DNA of 64,000 nucleotides, from assembly GCF_009834535.1 (NCBI RefSeq), contig NC_045697.1:66094001-66158000 (forward strand). The letters run 5' to 3'. The notes under the pieces are model-generated. The model did not search any database. It was not told where the DNA came from and worked only from the letters and a program-made list of their open reading frames with translations. The stretch comes from Camelus ferus. Lineage: Eukaryota. Below, piece after piece: positions 38,928 to 52,030 of the stretch. How positions within the stretch are numbered: position 1 is the stretch's first letter; each line of letters opens with the position of its first letter. The translations under genes were made by a program, and so were the position numbers.

Positions 38928-39992
38928 TAGTTCATTCTGTTTTTAAAATGTCAGTTTGTTCCCAATGCAGTAAATATGTTAGAGAACAGTTTGTGTATAA
39001 CCTGAATTTTGCATTGTTTATGTACAAGTTTGTCCATGAGAAATACTATATAGATGAACACAGAAAACTGCACCCAGCTAAACTAGGCCACATAAGAATA
39101 AAATGAGCATACCTCAGACATCTACTGGCTGCCTCATTTCACCAACTTTGTTATCTCACAAGTTTGTGTTATGCTATTCTTCCATGTTTGTGAAATTTTC
39201 TATTTGAAAAAAGCACTCATTCAGCATCCCAAACATATCTAAGCATTCTGGTTCAAAAACACTACACAGTGCATACAAAAGGAAAATGAAATATTGAGAA
39301 GCTTGAAACAAACATTTGGAAAGAAATGAGAACATGTGATATAGATACAGGCATAAAGGAATCGACATTGTGGACTGTCAGAGACAGTGCCACAAAAATT
39401 AAAGTGTATGACTGGATCATCTTAAAATGTTATGAAATCAATAAAAAGATGCATAAAGAAATAGAAGAAAAGGAAAAAATATGGAGCATTTTTATTAAAG
39501 ACCAAAGGGTGAAAAAATCAGGAACAACTGTTTTCACGTGGACCTTTATATCTAAACACCTTAAATGGAAAGCACTGTATCCTGCAGAACTGGCTTCTCT
39601 TAGTGCCAGTCGTGATTGCTGTAGTAATTTCAAACAATGTTACAAATCCCTAAGCTATCAGCTGTTACACATGGAATCATGAATGCAGATGGGAAAGCTG
39701 CAAAAGAATTTCCCAAAGCTATAACTCTTCCAATGCTGACATCCCCAAAGAAACTTCATATTTATTATGCCATATTTATTGTAGTATTTATCTCTTAATG
39801 ATTTAATGTGTAAAATTATGCTACCCTTTTTTAAGGTTTCTTTCTCTTTTTTTAATGTGTCACTAATGAAGTTTTTGAATGTTGTAGCTCTAACATAGTT
39901 TTTCTCAAACATTGTAGCTTTAATTTTCATGATTTTGCATGGCACAGTCATTTTTTGGAAATGCGTGTGTCCTGTTATAGCATAACAGACTA
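38928..39992 (+). mobile_element. Tigger13-like DNA transposon with a transposase N-terminal remnant
   Basis: Both ends resemble recalled Tigger13a (cagaaaactgcacccagct; ttttaatgtgtcactaatgaagtttttga; gttatagca...cagacta). Internal ORF 39326-39682 resembles pogo/CENP-B helix-turn-helix domains. Confidence 0.65.
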
Positions 39993-40489
39993 TAGTTGTC
40001 AGCAGAAAAGGACATGACTTCCCTTGTAACCATATGGTCTCTGCGACGATTTTCCTACTGGGGATTGCCACATCTGGTTGGAGTCATCACTCATTTGTTT
40101 ATGATGATTTAAACTAATTCTCCAAGACCCATTCAGCTTTTGCGTAGGCCAGGGAGGCACATTACATTGGGATCTGGGGTCTGTCAGTCTCTGCAGTTTC
40201 TTCAGAAATGTGGTGTTGGTGCTGCTGCTGCTTCTTCAGGGGGTAATTCTTGCGACTTAGATTTTGTGTTTTCTACAATTGTGGCCCTTACTCTATGGGT
40301 CAAGGAGCTAATGTCAGATTTCTGTCAGTGCCAAATATGTCACGTCTCACTCTGCTTTCTGGAACCAGAGAAATAACCATAGGATTAATTTATAACCCCT
40401 GAGCCCAGTGAGACAGATTTGAGCCCAAATTACATGCTATCGTGTATTTAATTCTCAAAAGATATTTACGGTTTTCTAAATATTTTCAC

Positions 40490-40910
40490 TTTTTTTGAGG
40501 TGAAGTTCGCATTGTGTAAAACTAACTATTAAAAATTCAGTGACATCTAATACATTCACAGTGTCGTACAACTTCCACTCCTGTCTAGTTCCAAAACAAT
40601 GTTTTCACCCAGTAACAGCATGCTGTATCTTTTAAGCAGTTTGTCCCCTTTTTCTTTTTCCCCTACTCCCTGGCAACCACCACTTGGCTTTCTGTCTCTA
40701 AATTTACCAATTCTGAATATTTCATATAAATGTAATCATATAATATGTCACCTTTTGTGTCTAGCTTCTTTCACTGAGCTTAATATTTTTGAGGTTCATC
40801 CATGTTGTAGCATGTATCCATACTTCATTCTTTTTAAGGAATGAATAATATTCCATGTTATGGAAATACTACAATTTGTTTATCCAGTCATCCTTTGATG
40901 GACATTAGAC
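40490..40910 (-). mobile_element. L1MB-type 3' end
   Basis: tttttgaggtgaagttc...cctggcaaccac...gaggttcatccatgttgtagcatgtatc...gatggacatt. Confidence 0.8.
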
Positions 40911-42237
40911 TTAATTTAAAACCATGAATGTGCTTATATAAATGACTAAAGTTTAGGAAACACTTAGGCAGTGGAAAAACACTGATCTAGAGTAAGACAC
41001 CTAAGTTTCTTTTTGTACCTCAGCTGATTATTGTCCATCTGTGACCTTTAAAAGGATTGTTCTTAGAGTTTGACTGTCTTCAACTATAAAGCAAGGCAGC
41101 AGTAAGTTTTTGAGGGCTTTGAAATGCTTTCTCTAAATATTACTGTTTTATTATTCCCCTTCTCAAAATCGTACTGCTTTCAGAGTAAAGACTGACCTCA
41201 GTTTAGTACTCTAGGCCTTAAGCAGTATTAGCTCTGGTTTAATTTTTTAGCCTTATAGCCTATCCATGGTCTCTGTGCTCCAACCCAAATAGGCCACTTA
41301 CTATTACAAAAACACATCCAGTTTTCTTCTTCCTACCGCTAACTTCCGTAGCATTGTATGTCTCTGTCTTGTGGAACTTCGTCTATTCCTGTGTGCAAGA
41401 GAGGTTATCACTCACAGGTTAGATATTTCTATCTTCAGTAACGAAAGGGAAAAACAGCATTGTTGTTGTATAAGAAAGGAGGTAGAAGAGAAAGTATGAA
41501 ACTGTACTTTTCTCTCTGTTGTTTGTATAGCATGTGGTACAGTTCTAAGCAAAGTAGATAAATACTTTTAGATTAACTAAAATGCAAGATTTTACTTATA
41601 TATGAACCCAAGGAACCTTCTTTTGCTTAAATGTGGAATTTTAACCAGTTTCTTCGAATGAAATTAGGTGACAGAAAAGATGGAGGTAAGTATGTATGAG
41701 TAGCCACAGTTATTCCCAAATTAATGTTTAGTTTATATATTATTTAGTTTCATATAAGTTTCTTTATCATTGTGTCATTTTTGTGTTGTGACTGAAAATT
41801 AATATTTAAGCCAATCAAGACCGAAGTAAAAGCAGACTTCTTTTTCTCAGTATTTAAAATTTGTAGGGGGATAGAAAATCGTGAGCATAGATGAGTTTGT
41901 TTTGCCATTAGCTTGAAGAGGCTTCAGTATACTTGAAAATTTTGAGTTAATTTGAGGATCATTCTAGTTGTTTTATTTAGCACATTTATCTCATTTTGAG
42001 CATTGTATGAAGTATGAGTTATTGGATATGCAGTAAAGGTCTTTCAGTGATCTTAAGCCAGTAAAATTTTTTTGTCCTTAAGATATGAATTTGTCAATTT
42101 TCACATGAGCAAAAAGAAACATTTTTGAATTCTTCTGATCAAATGTGGTAACTTCCAAGTCAAGTCAAAATATAGATGTGATTATCTTAAGACTACTGAT
42201 GATCTCTTAAATTGGTTCTCTTTTTTCTCTCCTTTAG

Positions 42238-42354
<117 letters not shown>

Positions 42355-43354
42355 TAGGAATGTAATGTGTGTGCTAAATGTTTATATTACAAAATAGTGT
42401 TTGAGATCAACCATGTGAAAAGCTTAGGATAAGTTCTGCATTTTTCTGATTAAATATTCTTTTTTATCAATATTATAAAATATTTTTGAACTGCTTGTTA
42501 ATTCTTTACATTATTTATTTATCTTATTTCCTAGCTATAGTATCAGCATTGTAATCGTAACAAACATAGCTGTAGTAACAGTTGTGAACTCATATAAAAT
42601 GTAAATCATTTATGATGCCATCTATAACCCCAAGTCACCTGTTTTAGCTTTTTTCATATTCTCACCCTTTAAATTTTTCATGAAGTTTTTTTTGAGTGTA
42701 ATAATGCATTGCAGTGTAGTATTCCATAAGCTTTGGTCTATTTGCTAGATAGGAAAAATGCTTTCAGAGTCGGTAAAGACCCATGCCAAGCATGCCAGTG
42801 CTAAAAGGACTTTTGTTCAATCACAAGATTGTATATGGAAGCACATTATTTGTTCAACACTGGGAATACATTTACACTTGTATTGATTTATTCAGGTACA
42901 TGTGCAGGTAGTACATCTGCTAAATTCTGATGAGCTGAATGCAAAATCTTGTTGCTGTACTCGTTCTTTACATATGTTCAAATTACATGCTTTGAAGTTG
43001 GCAGTTTATAAAAGCCTAGCTTCAGTGTTGAAGTATAAAAGCTTAGCTGCATGTTGAAGTTTAATTGAGCAAACATTTTTTTGGTACTCTGGTATCAGAG
43101 CACTTCCTAGTCAGAGTAGAAATGCAAAAACAGTTAGGCTTCCTTCCCTCTGAAGAAAGATTGTTGTATGTTTGCAGAGGTGAAATTATATACACAGAAA
43201 GCATTTTTAAAGCAACATAAAAATAACTATGAAATAATCTGATATGAATTCTAGTAAGTTTTCAGGTGCTTTACTTATTTATAAAAGAGTATAAAGGTTT
43301 TTTCAACAAGTTAATTTTAGATTTTTAACAAAAAGATCAATGACTTATTTCTAG

Positions 43355-43436
43355 GAATTAAGGGAGGTACTCAAGGAACATGAATGGATGTACACGGAGG
43401 CTTTAGAATCTTTAAAAGTGTTTGCAGAAGACCAAG
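43355..43436 (+). CDS. SMARCAD1: SMARCAD1 exon 8: [27 protein letters not shown] (end of CUE2)
   Basis: tttctag acceptor, AAG|GTAATT donor; 82 nt, phase 0 to 1. Confidence 0.95.
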
Positions 43437-44936
43437 GTAATTATTTTATGTCATTATAGAAATTTCATGCTTCCCAATATATTGTATTTTAGTATATAAA
43501 AAAATAGTAATCCTGTTAGCTAATAATCAGAGAATGGGATTGCAAAAGATGTTGGAAATAATGATGTACAAAAGTTTTAAATGACCAGTTCCCAAATGGT
43601 TTAACCTGTTCTTTAGTGCAGTGTAAAATCAAACAATAAACATCTTTTTCTACTTGGCTAACTTTTGTTACAGTTAAGGCTACTTTTAAACTACCATGTT
43701 TTATGGAGTACAAAGGAAACTTTTTTTTTTTTTTTTTTTACAGTTAAACAGCTCTCAGCCAGAAAGGATCTAACAATTGCTGGTGTCTTAAAATCATTGT
43801 AATGTAGATGTCCTAGCCTGCACTTAAATGAATATCAAAAGCACCAGTATCAGAAACATATAAGATGGATATCACTGGCATGGAACAAAGTCCCTGATCT
43901 CATAGTGAAACATTCTTAACTTTGGGAACCAAGTGGTAGGAGAAAAGTAGCAGAAAGGAGTTGAATCACACATCTTTATAACATCCTTAAGCAGGAATCA
44001 AGTAGACTAGCTCTTCATAATTGCAACACCAGCTTTTTACAAGCCCAACACAGTGGCTTTAGGTGTTTTGTTTGTTTGGTAATGAATTATTTTAGGAAAT
44101 GCTGTACAACAAGTGCTCTTGATGGCAAAGAGAATGATATTGTGTGGAGTAAAGAAAGCCACCAGTATCACCAATTCTGAGTCTGAAAAATGATTCAGAA
44201 GAGAAAGATTATGAGTGTGAAAAAATTTGAGGAACACTTAATCAATTTGTCTTGCTTACTTTTTTATATATGTATAAGAATGAATGTACGATAATCAATG
44301 TGCAAGTCTAAAAGCTCTTTGAGTAAGTAAAACATAAACATTCTAAATAATAAAATATGGTTATAGGTTAATGGTTTGCATTTTCTTGCTGGTACATAAA
44401 ATAGCAGTGTACCTCCAACCACAGGCATCTTAGAACTCTGTGGACTATGATAGACTAATTAGTTATAAAGTAGTCGTGCTTTTCAATACTAATGTATTTA
44501 AATGATTTTTAGAGTAATGATGGACCTAGGATAGTGGAGATGGTGAGGAAAAAATTGATTTTAATTTGGATGGTTTTAGTTTAGGGTGAGTGTTGCTTTT
44601 ACTGCACCCATCAGTGTTGGCCTGGGGATAGGACTGCTAAATAACATCTGGGACATCTTACATATATGCATCTGCCACTTAGGTGCTTGGAGTCTTTGTT
44701 AGAAAATGAGGATTTAAGTTTAATTCATTAAAAAAAAGGTTATCTGTTTTTGAAACTATTTCAACTCATTGTATAACTTCTAATTCTACTTCAGTATTTC
44801 TCTTTATATCAAGATTCAACAATAAATCATAATTGAGTTCTGTATTGAAAAGAAAGGTAGATATATTTAAACATTCTTCTTATCTTATTTGAGGTCATAT
44901 ATCTATATTTATATTCAATTTATATCTCTAATGTAG

Positions 44937-45395
<459 letters not shown>

Positions 45396-45639
45396 TAATT
45401 CACAGTACCGTTTATAGTCAAGGTGTCTTCAGCCCAGGGAAGCATAGATGGGTGGCCTTATCCTGTGTAGAGTCAAACATTATTTTCATGGTAAGCCAAT
45501 AGTATTTCAAATAGTGTCATATGACCTAATTTTGAATGAATTAAGGGGTGATTTTCCTGAAAAAACCCAAGCTGATTGGCTGGGCATACTGTCACTCATT
45601 CTTTTGCATAGAAACTTGGTTCATTTCACTGAAGAAGAA

Positions 45640-46016
45640 GAAGAAATTAGAGCTTACATTTAGGAAGGAGTTGTTTGCTAGCCTGTTCTGATCTGTTACT
45701 GCTGAGACACCATGCAAAAAGTGAGAATGTGGCAGAAATTTTACTACAACTACTTGAAGAGCAATAGCAACGTCCAGGGGAGCTCCATGATTCAAAATGC
45801 CAGCCTAAGTGTTTTATGCTTCACCACAAAAGAAGCAATTGTTTATTTTATTTTTCTTTTATAAGTGACAGCTCAATCTCTAACATGTTTTTCTTGATTA
45901 AACAACGTGGCCATTTTATGGAGTGTAGCAGGCTGCAGCGTTTTTAATTGGAAAGATAGAAAAGTGTGTGGAAGCCTAGAATTCAAGCGTTAGGTGAAGG
46001 GAAGGCATAAGCACTG
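45640..46016 (+). other. SMARCAD1: Internal non-coding first exon of the short (skin-type) SMARCAD1 isoform; start approximate
   Basis: Consensus donor CTG|GTAAGT at 46016/46017, 664 nt into intron 9; in-frame TAA at 46008-46010; exon 10 offers an ATG 9 nt after its acceptor. Layout matches the recalled human short isoform. Confidence 0.8.
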
Positions 46017-49000
46017 GTAAGTACACTTTGCATGATCATTTTCTGGAATTTTGTTTTCTAGAAACAAATTTTATCTAAAGAAGCTGTATTTTGAGTTTTA
46101 TAAATGTCAACAGTCAGCAAATCTTATTCATACAGAAAAATACAAGGACTCTGTCTTTTAAATTTTGCTTCAACTTTTGTGAGAATGTGAGTTTTTACAG
46201 CATGAATTCTAAGCAGGCCCTGCTGTGAAAGCAATATGGATCTTTTTTTTTTTTTTTTACAGCTTTAGAATATGAAGTGACTCGATGTTTTATAAATTTT
46301 TAGGAGGTTTTATTCCCGAACTTAAGGAGTAAAGTTGCTTTTGTGATTAATTTTAAACTTGTGACAAATTTGTATGAGCCTAAGTCCCTTTGATGAGTAT
46401 CTTAAAGTGTCAGGGTAGGAAGGTCCCTGAACAATGGTTGTAAATAGCATTTTTTAAAAAATTAAAATACTTGAAAAATACAGAAACACCATTACTGGTA
46501 TTTCATGCCTTTAAAAAAATAAATAAGCCATTCGTTTTGCCTAAAGCCTTTGCTTTTCCAGAGAACATCTGTCAAAGCAGGCTCTTTCAAAACTTGTTCG
46601 GCTTTGCCTGAGTGATTTATTTGCTAAAGTATTTGCTGAAGGGCTTTCTTGTTCTTCTTTTCTTCCTTTTCTTCTTTCTTTTAATCTTTAATGGTCTCCT
46701 ATGTTATTGCAGAGTCGGGTTGCTCAGGCTTGTTGGGATTTTAATTTGTTTAATAAGGAATGCAATTATCTGCACCAGTGTGTTTAATCACTGTAACTAC
46801 TTGCCCACATATCTCATAGTAAAAATAAATTATACCAGAGTTGTGAATGCCAGATGCTTTTAAAAATATTCAGCAACTTAACATGTGGAAAGCATATTTC
46901 CCCTACTAATTAATTGGCGTAGTTTAAATTAGTCTTGACATGAACTTGTAGATAGATATGCATTACCTACTTAAACCTCCTATAGCATCTTGCCCCCTTT
47001 CTAGAAGTTAAATATGGAGACTATTTTTGCTAGCCATTCATCTAAATGTTGATTATTTTATGTGATAATTAAGAAGTAAACTTGATACTTGAGTTCAGCG
47101 AATATAAGGCTTTGCTATCCTGAAAATGTTAGTAAATGTAAGTTTTTGGAAATGAACAGTTAAAATTAGCAAGTCGGTATTTATAAGCTTTTAAGTTTTA
47201 AGTTGCTTAGAACTTTAAGCTTCTGCTTTCATTTACTTTAGAATTTTGAATATAACTGATTTAAAGAGCAATTTAATATCTTAAAGTCATCAAAGGAAAG
47301 GTCATATTATGTACATTTTGGTTAAAAAAAAAACTATAAATTTGCTCCTTCCCTATTTTTTTAATATGTATATTTACTGAAGTCAATTTGCTCCTTCCCT
47401 ATTAATCAGAGGCTTGGTAATGTACCTGTGAATCACTCCCCCATCCAAAAAAAAAAAACATTTACTTTTGTTTTCAAAACTACTGTTTTTAGAAAAATTC
47501 CTATGAGAATTAGTCGAAGTTTTAATTATGTCCCTCAGTCATACTTTCCTGGAAATTATAAGGCATTATATATTAAGAACAGTGTGCAAATGTCTAGTAA
47601 ACACTTAACATTATTGTGGAAGCTTTTTTTTTTTTTTTCAGTCTTAAGGATTGGGAGATTTGGCAGAACTTTAAAATTCATAAATATTTCATTATAGTGC
47701 ATACTGAGCCAACAAATCAAGTATCTGCATATATTTTAATTATGATTTTTGCTGAAATAGAAGTCACCATAACATTGGTAAATTGAATGTAATCAGTATT
47801 TCATTGTCTTATTTTATTAAAAAATTCATTTGATTGTGAAAATTATGGTAACTGCCTTTTAAAACAGAAGTTGAAAAATTGAACATCATTATTATGACTG
47901 TCAGAGGATTATACTTTTTAAAAAATTAAAATGCTCTGAGATATTCTAGTCACCCTTATTTACATGAGGAAAATTTGGTTATTTAACTAAATAAGTGCAT
48001 TATATAGGGATATTTATGTTTGCAGCTTTATACCCTTTTTTAAAATCTAAATGTTTGTCAGGTTTTCATAGTTTTCCATTCACTTATTTTTCTGCTTTAA
48101 GAGCAAAAAGTGCATGCTCATCATAAGAAACCACAGCATTAATTCATGTAGACTTTGGAAATACAGCAAGTCAAAATATCATTAGTTTAAAGACATGTAC
48201 TGTTAATATGGTAAAATTGGGATTTTTATCACCAGATTTTATACATTTAATGGCATCAGTTCACCAACCGCTTACTGAATTTTTACCTAGCTTTGTGCAG
48301 AGTAAGGTGGGGATGCTATTATGTCTATGATAATCGTATTATATTAATCTTTATACTTTAATCAGAATAGTAGTATATACTGACCAAATTAAAGATTTAT
48401 GAATAGCTTATTCAGAAATGGCTCAGCCTAAAAACTTTTCTTATGTGCATTTACTTCCTTAACATTTAGATCAGCATAAATGCAGTTTGTTTTTTTTTTA
48501 TTGTTAACCAAGCAGCCCAGGTTTAGCTCATATGGAAACATGTGCTGCTCCCATCTACTAGTAATTTAGACCATAGGTTTTCTTTTTGCTGTGTTTTCCT
48601 GGTGGTTGTGAAATGTCTGTCTAAATTTGTCACTTGAAGTATTGTAATGCCTACTCCTTCCTTCGTGATAGAGTGGCTTCAGTAAATTTGGGTATAGGAT
48701 TACTGTATTCAGGCTTTGTTTTCATTTTTATAACTTTGATAAATATTTACTTAAAATTATAAATACATTTTGAGTACTTTATAGGCTGCTGCCAGGTTTT
48801 CATAGCAGTGAATAAGATTAGGACTCTGTGCTTAAGAATATTACTTTTCAGGTGGGGAATTAAATCTGCTTTTGAACAATTTCTCTGTTCCTATAGAAAT
48901 TCAAAATTATTCTTACTATAAGAGTGACACACTGTGGCAAGAGATAGGTACTTCAGTTAATGACTATTTTTAAAAGATTAAGGCTTTAAAGTAATAATTG

Positions 49001-49307
49001 ATTTTTTAATCAAAGAGAAAGTAATCAGGGCCATGTTGATGGGTTTTGTTTTTTTTTTCATGTAATTATCCGGTAAGTACCAATTACTTTTTTTTCTTTC
49101 TTCCCTCTGAAAAAATAGCTTTATCATTTTTTTGAAGAATGACTTGTTTTCTTTGTCTACAATTGAAACAGTACATGCAAGAACAAAGAAGAAAGTCAAG
49201 TTTAGCTAAAATTCTACTAGATACCTGCCACTTAAGGCTTTATTGAGCAACCATCTGCTTATGCATATGTTTGTATTTGTCATATTATGTAAACAAGATC
49301 ATATTTT

Positions 49308-49519
49308 TAAAAAATTTTTATTGAAGTATAGTTGATTTACAGTGTTTCAGGTATATAGCAGTGGTTGAGTTATACATATAGATATGTACTCTTTTCCATT
49401 ATAGGTTATTACAAGGTAGAAAATAGTTCCGTGTGCTGTACAGTAGGTCCTTGTTGTTTATCTGTTTTCATTTATAGTAGTGTGTATCTGTAATCTCAAA
49501 TTCCAAATTTATCCCTCAT
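49308..49519 (-). mobile_element. Short 5'-truncated L1 with target-site duplication
   Basis: L1 3' UTR text; TSD AAGATCATATTTT (49295-49307) and AAGGTCATATTTT (49520-49532). Confidence 0.85.
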
Positions 49520-50396
49520 AAGGTCATATTTTGTATATTCATCAATAACTTTAGATTTACTTGTAGATCCCGCATTTATACTCTACATTTTATTAAATCT
49601 TGTTTTAGTAAAGCTAACTTACAGGATTATTAAATGCTTTTTGTCTTCAGAAAACAGTAACATAACAGTAGACTTTTTCTTACACCTTTCTTTGAGGGAA
49701 GTCACCATGTTCTCTGTCCCTATACACACCTAATGAAGATATTGTGAAATTAAATATTTTTTAATTTTTTTTATTATTTATGCATATATTAAGTTAACAA
49801 ATAATTCTACAGGCTTATTCTCCCTGAAAATCCATATCCATCCCCTTCTCTAGCCTATTTCCCACACTGCAGATAACTGCTTCTACTTCTTCTGATTCTT
49901 TTTTTTTTCCCTTAAAAGTACATTCTTTATTGACAAGTCAGGTTAATCTATAGTGTATTGTTGATGTTAATAATACTTCTTGCTTAAAGTAGGAAAGGAC
50001 TCTGGAGTAAGTCAGGTGTTTTGCTTTTCTCTAAAAAATTTAAGAATTTCTAGTAAAATTTTGCCTTAATGTTCAACAAAAGTTTCTTGAAAAGAAGTCT
50101 GTAAATAAGGCATCAAATGTTAGCCTTCTGATCAGAAAAATTTGACCAGTGTGCAGCTTAAAATTATTTAGTTTTTTCCCTAGAAAATGGATATTATGAT
50201 ATTATACAAAAGAACCACTGTGAGGTATTTTGGGATATTTCCTGATATGATTCATAATACTTAAAAAAAATTTACAAAAGCTGTCTGAAGAGCTAGCCTT
50301 CCCCTTTCCTATGTGATGCCTCTACTCTTTCCACCACCTTTGAAATTGCTTTTGTGACATCATCAATGATCCACTGATTGTTGGTTCAAAGGACAT

Positions 50397-50537
50397 CTTT
50401 TTTTTTTTTTAATTATTGTGGGGGGTGGTAATTAGGGGATTTTATTTATTATTTTTAGTGGAGATACTGGGGGTTGAACCCAGGACCTTGTGCGTACTAA
50501 GCATGAGCTCTACCACTGAGCTATACCTCCCCTCCCA
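50397..50537 (-). mobile_element. tRNA-derived SINE (vic-1-like), copy 3, with a perfect TSD
   Basis: TSD GTTCAAAGGACAT at 50384-50396 and 50538-50550; poly-T tail; A and B boxes on the minus strand. Confidence 0.92.
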
Positions 50538-51289
50538 GTTCAAAGGACATTTTAAATTCTTATTCTGCTTGACCTTTTTAAGGAACTCGAAACTTTGCTT
50601 CTTCCTCTCTCAAACTCTTATTCTGTCTGTTTCTTAACACTTTCTGGATATCTCTGGATAATATTAAACAATGCTTTAAAATTTTTTTTCAGTTGTAGGC
50701 TTTATCTGTTGACATGACATAAATATTGTTAACATTTTGGCAGGATTAGCTCTCTTATCACTGTCTGTCTCACCTCTTATGCCCATTTCCAGTTCCCCAA
50801 TTCTAACAGTATGTTAATGTGGTAATTTTGAAAATAATTTTCAGTATCTACATTGTTAGACTATGCAAATGCCTTTCATAGCTGAGCCATGTAATATACT
50901 ACATGGTTACTTTTTTTTTTCTTGCTCAGCATTGTGTTCTCTCTAGTTATTAGTTGTCTTGGTTTTTCTGTTTTCTTAGTTTTTTGTATACTTAAAGTTC
51001 AACTCTAAACTCTTCTCCAGTTGTCTAAATTTCCCGTCAAATTTTAGACACTTCAAGTATTTTATCAGTTGCATCATCTTGAAGCAAGTCTCTTCTGGAG
51101 TCTTATGACCTACTTTGGACTGGCCATATTATAGACCAGCTTATCAACTGTGATACTGGGATCTCATTTCCCCAGCGTTTTGAAAAATCTTGTTTTTCTC
51201 TCTTGTGTTGGATCTCTTGTTTCTGAGTTCCATTCCTGCCTCTTTATTTATCCCCTTGGTTTTGTAAATACCTACTAGGAGATGGGTGA

Positions 51290-51490
51290 ATAATATAGTG
51301 GAGCTAAATTGCCTAGATGGCCTGCTTTCGAATCCCAATTCTGACATTTTCTAGCAATTTACATGACTTAAAGCAAGTTCTTTCTCTGTTCCTGTATTTC
51401 TTCATCTGTAAGTAGGATGTAATTAGTGGGAAAGTCCAAGGATTAAATAAAATAACTGTCCAGTAGCCGGTTTTTAAAAAAATGTTAGCT
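51290..51490 (+). mobile_element. MIR SINE
   Basis: ttcgaatcccaattctgaca...gtttcttcatctgtaa-like core...aggattaaataa. Confidence 0.65.
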
Positions 51491-51779
51491 GCAGATATCC
51501 ACAATATTTTACATTAGAAGTGCTGTATATATCATTAGTGAAATGTTAAGAATCAATTGTAGTTTTCTACTCACCCCTCAATATCAGTTCTAGTCATGTG
51601 GAATCAAACTTTTTTAGATCTAATTGTTTCTCTCTCTCTCTTTTTAACCCCATCTGTGCTTTAGAACAGATTTATGGCTGGTTACATTTCCCACAATATA
51701 TTAAGACTACGTTTTTTCAGCCTCCCTTTGGTAATTTGACAAATTCCTGTCTAGTGGGATGTAAGCAGGAGTATACTGT

Positions 51780-52030
51780 GACTTTTGGAAAGTATCTTTA
51801 AAGGATCCCTTCTTCCTGTTGGTTGAGATGTCAGTGTGATGGTGGGATCCACATATAGAGGTTTTGAAGCAACAAAGTAGAAGAATCCTTGATTTTGTAA
51901 CCACTTTACCAGATCTGAACTGCCCCCTGTGGTCTTAATTTACATGAGAGAGAAATAAACTTATGTTTTATTTAAACCCCTGATGTTTTGGATTTACTAT
52001 CACTCGTAACTGAACCTAATTCTAACAGAT
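51780..52030 (+). mobile_element. Old MLT1-type LTR 3' fragment
   Basis: tacatgagagagaaataaactt...tttaaaccc...tgaacctaattctaac. Confidence 0.55.

Larger units (their letters stand above)
33530..40440 (-). mobile_element. Ancient ERVL-class internal (pol) relic, fragmented by later insertions
   Basis: Minus-strand remnants resemble ERVL pol in the expected order: RT-like (about 40000-40440), RNase H region (38450-38900), integrase HHCC region (38030-38180), integrase core SDQG..FT and ALNQ (37170-37400), dUTPase-like region (33610-33770). Translated by eye; heavily decayed. Confidence 0.65.

Noticed and set aside
42778..42798. p53/p63-like double CATG (cccatgccaagcatgcca)
   Set aside because: The CATG cores are 5 nt apart rather than the canonical 6.
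51921..51934. CTCF-like site tgccccctgtgg
   Set aside because: One base short of the core spacing (GCCCCCTRGTGG) and inside a decayed LTR.
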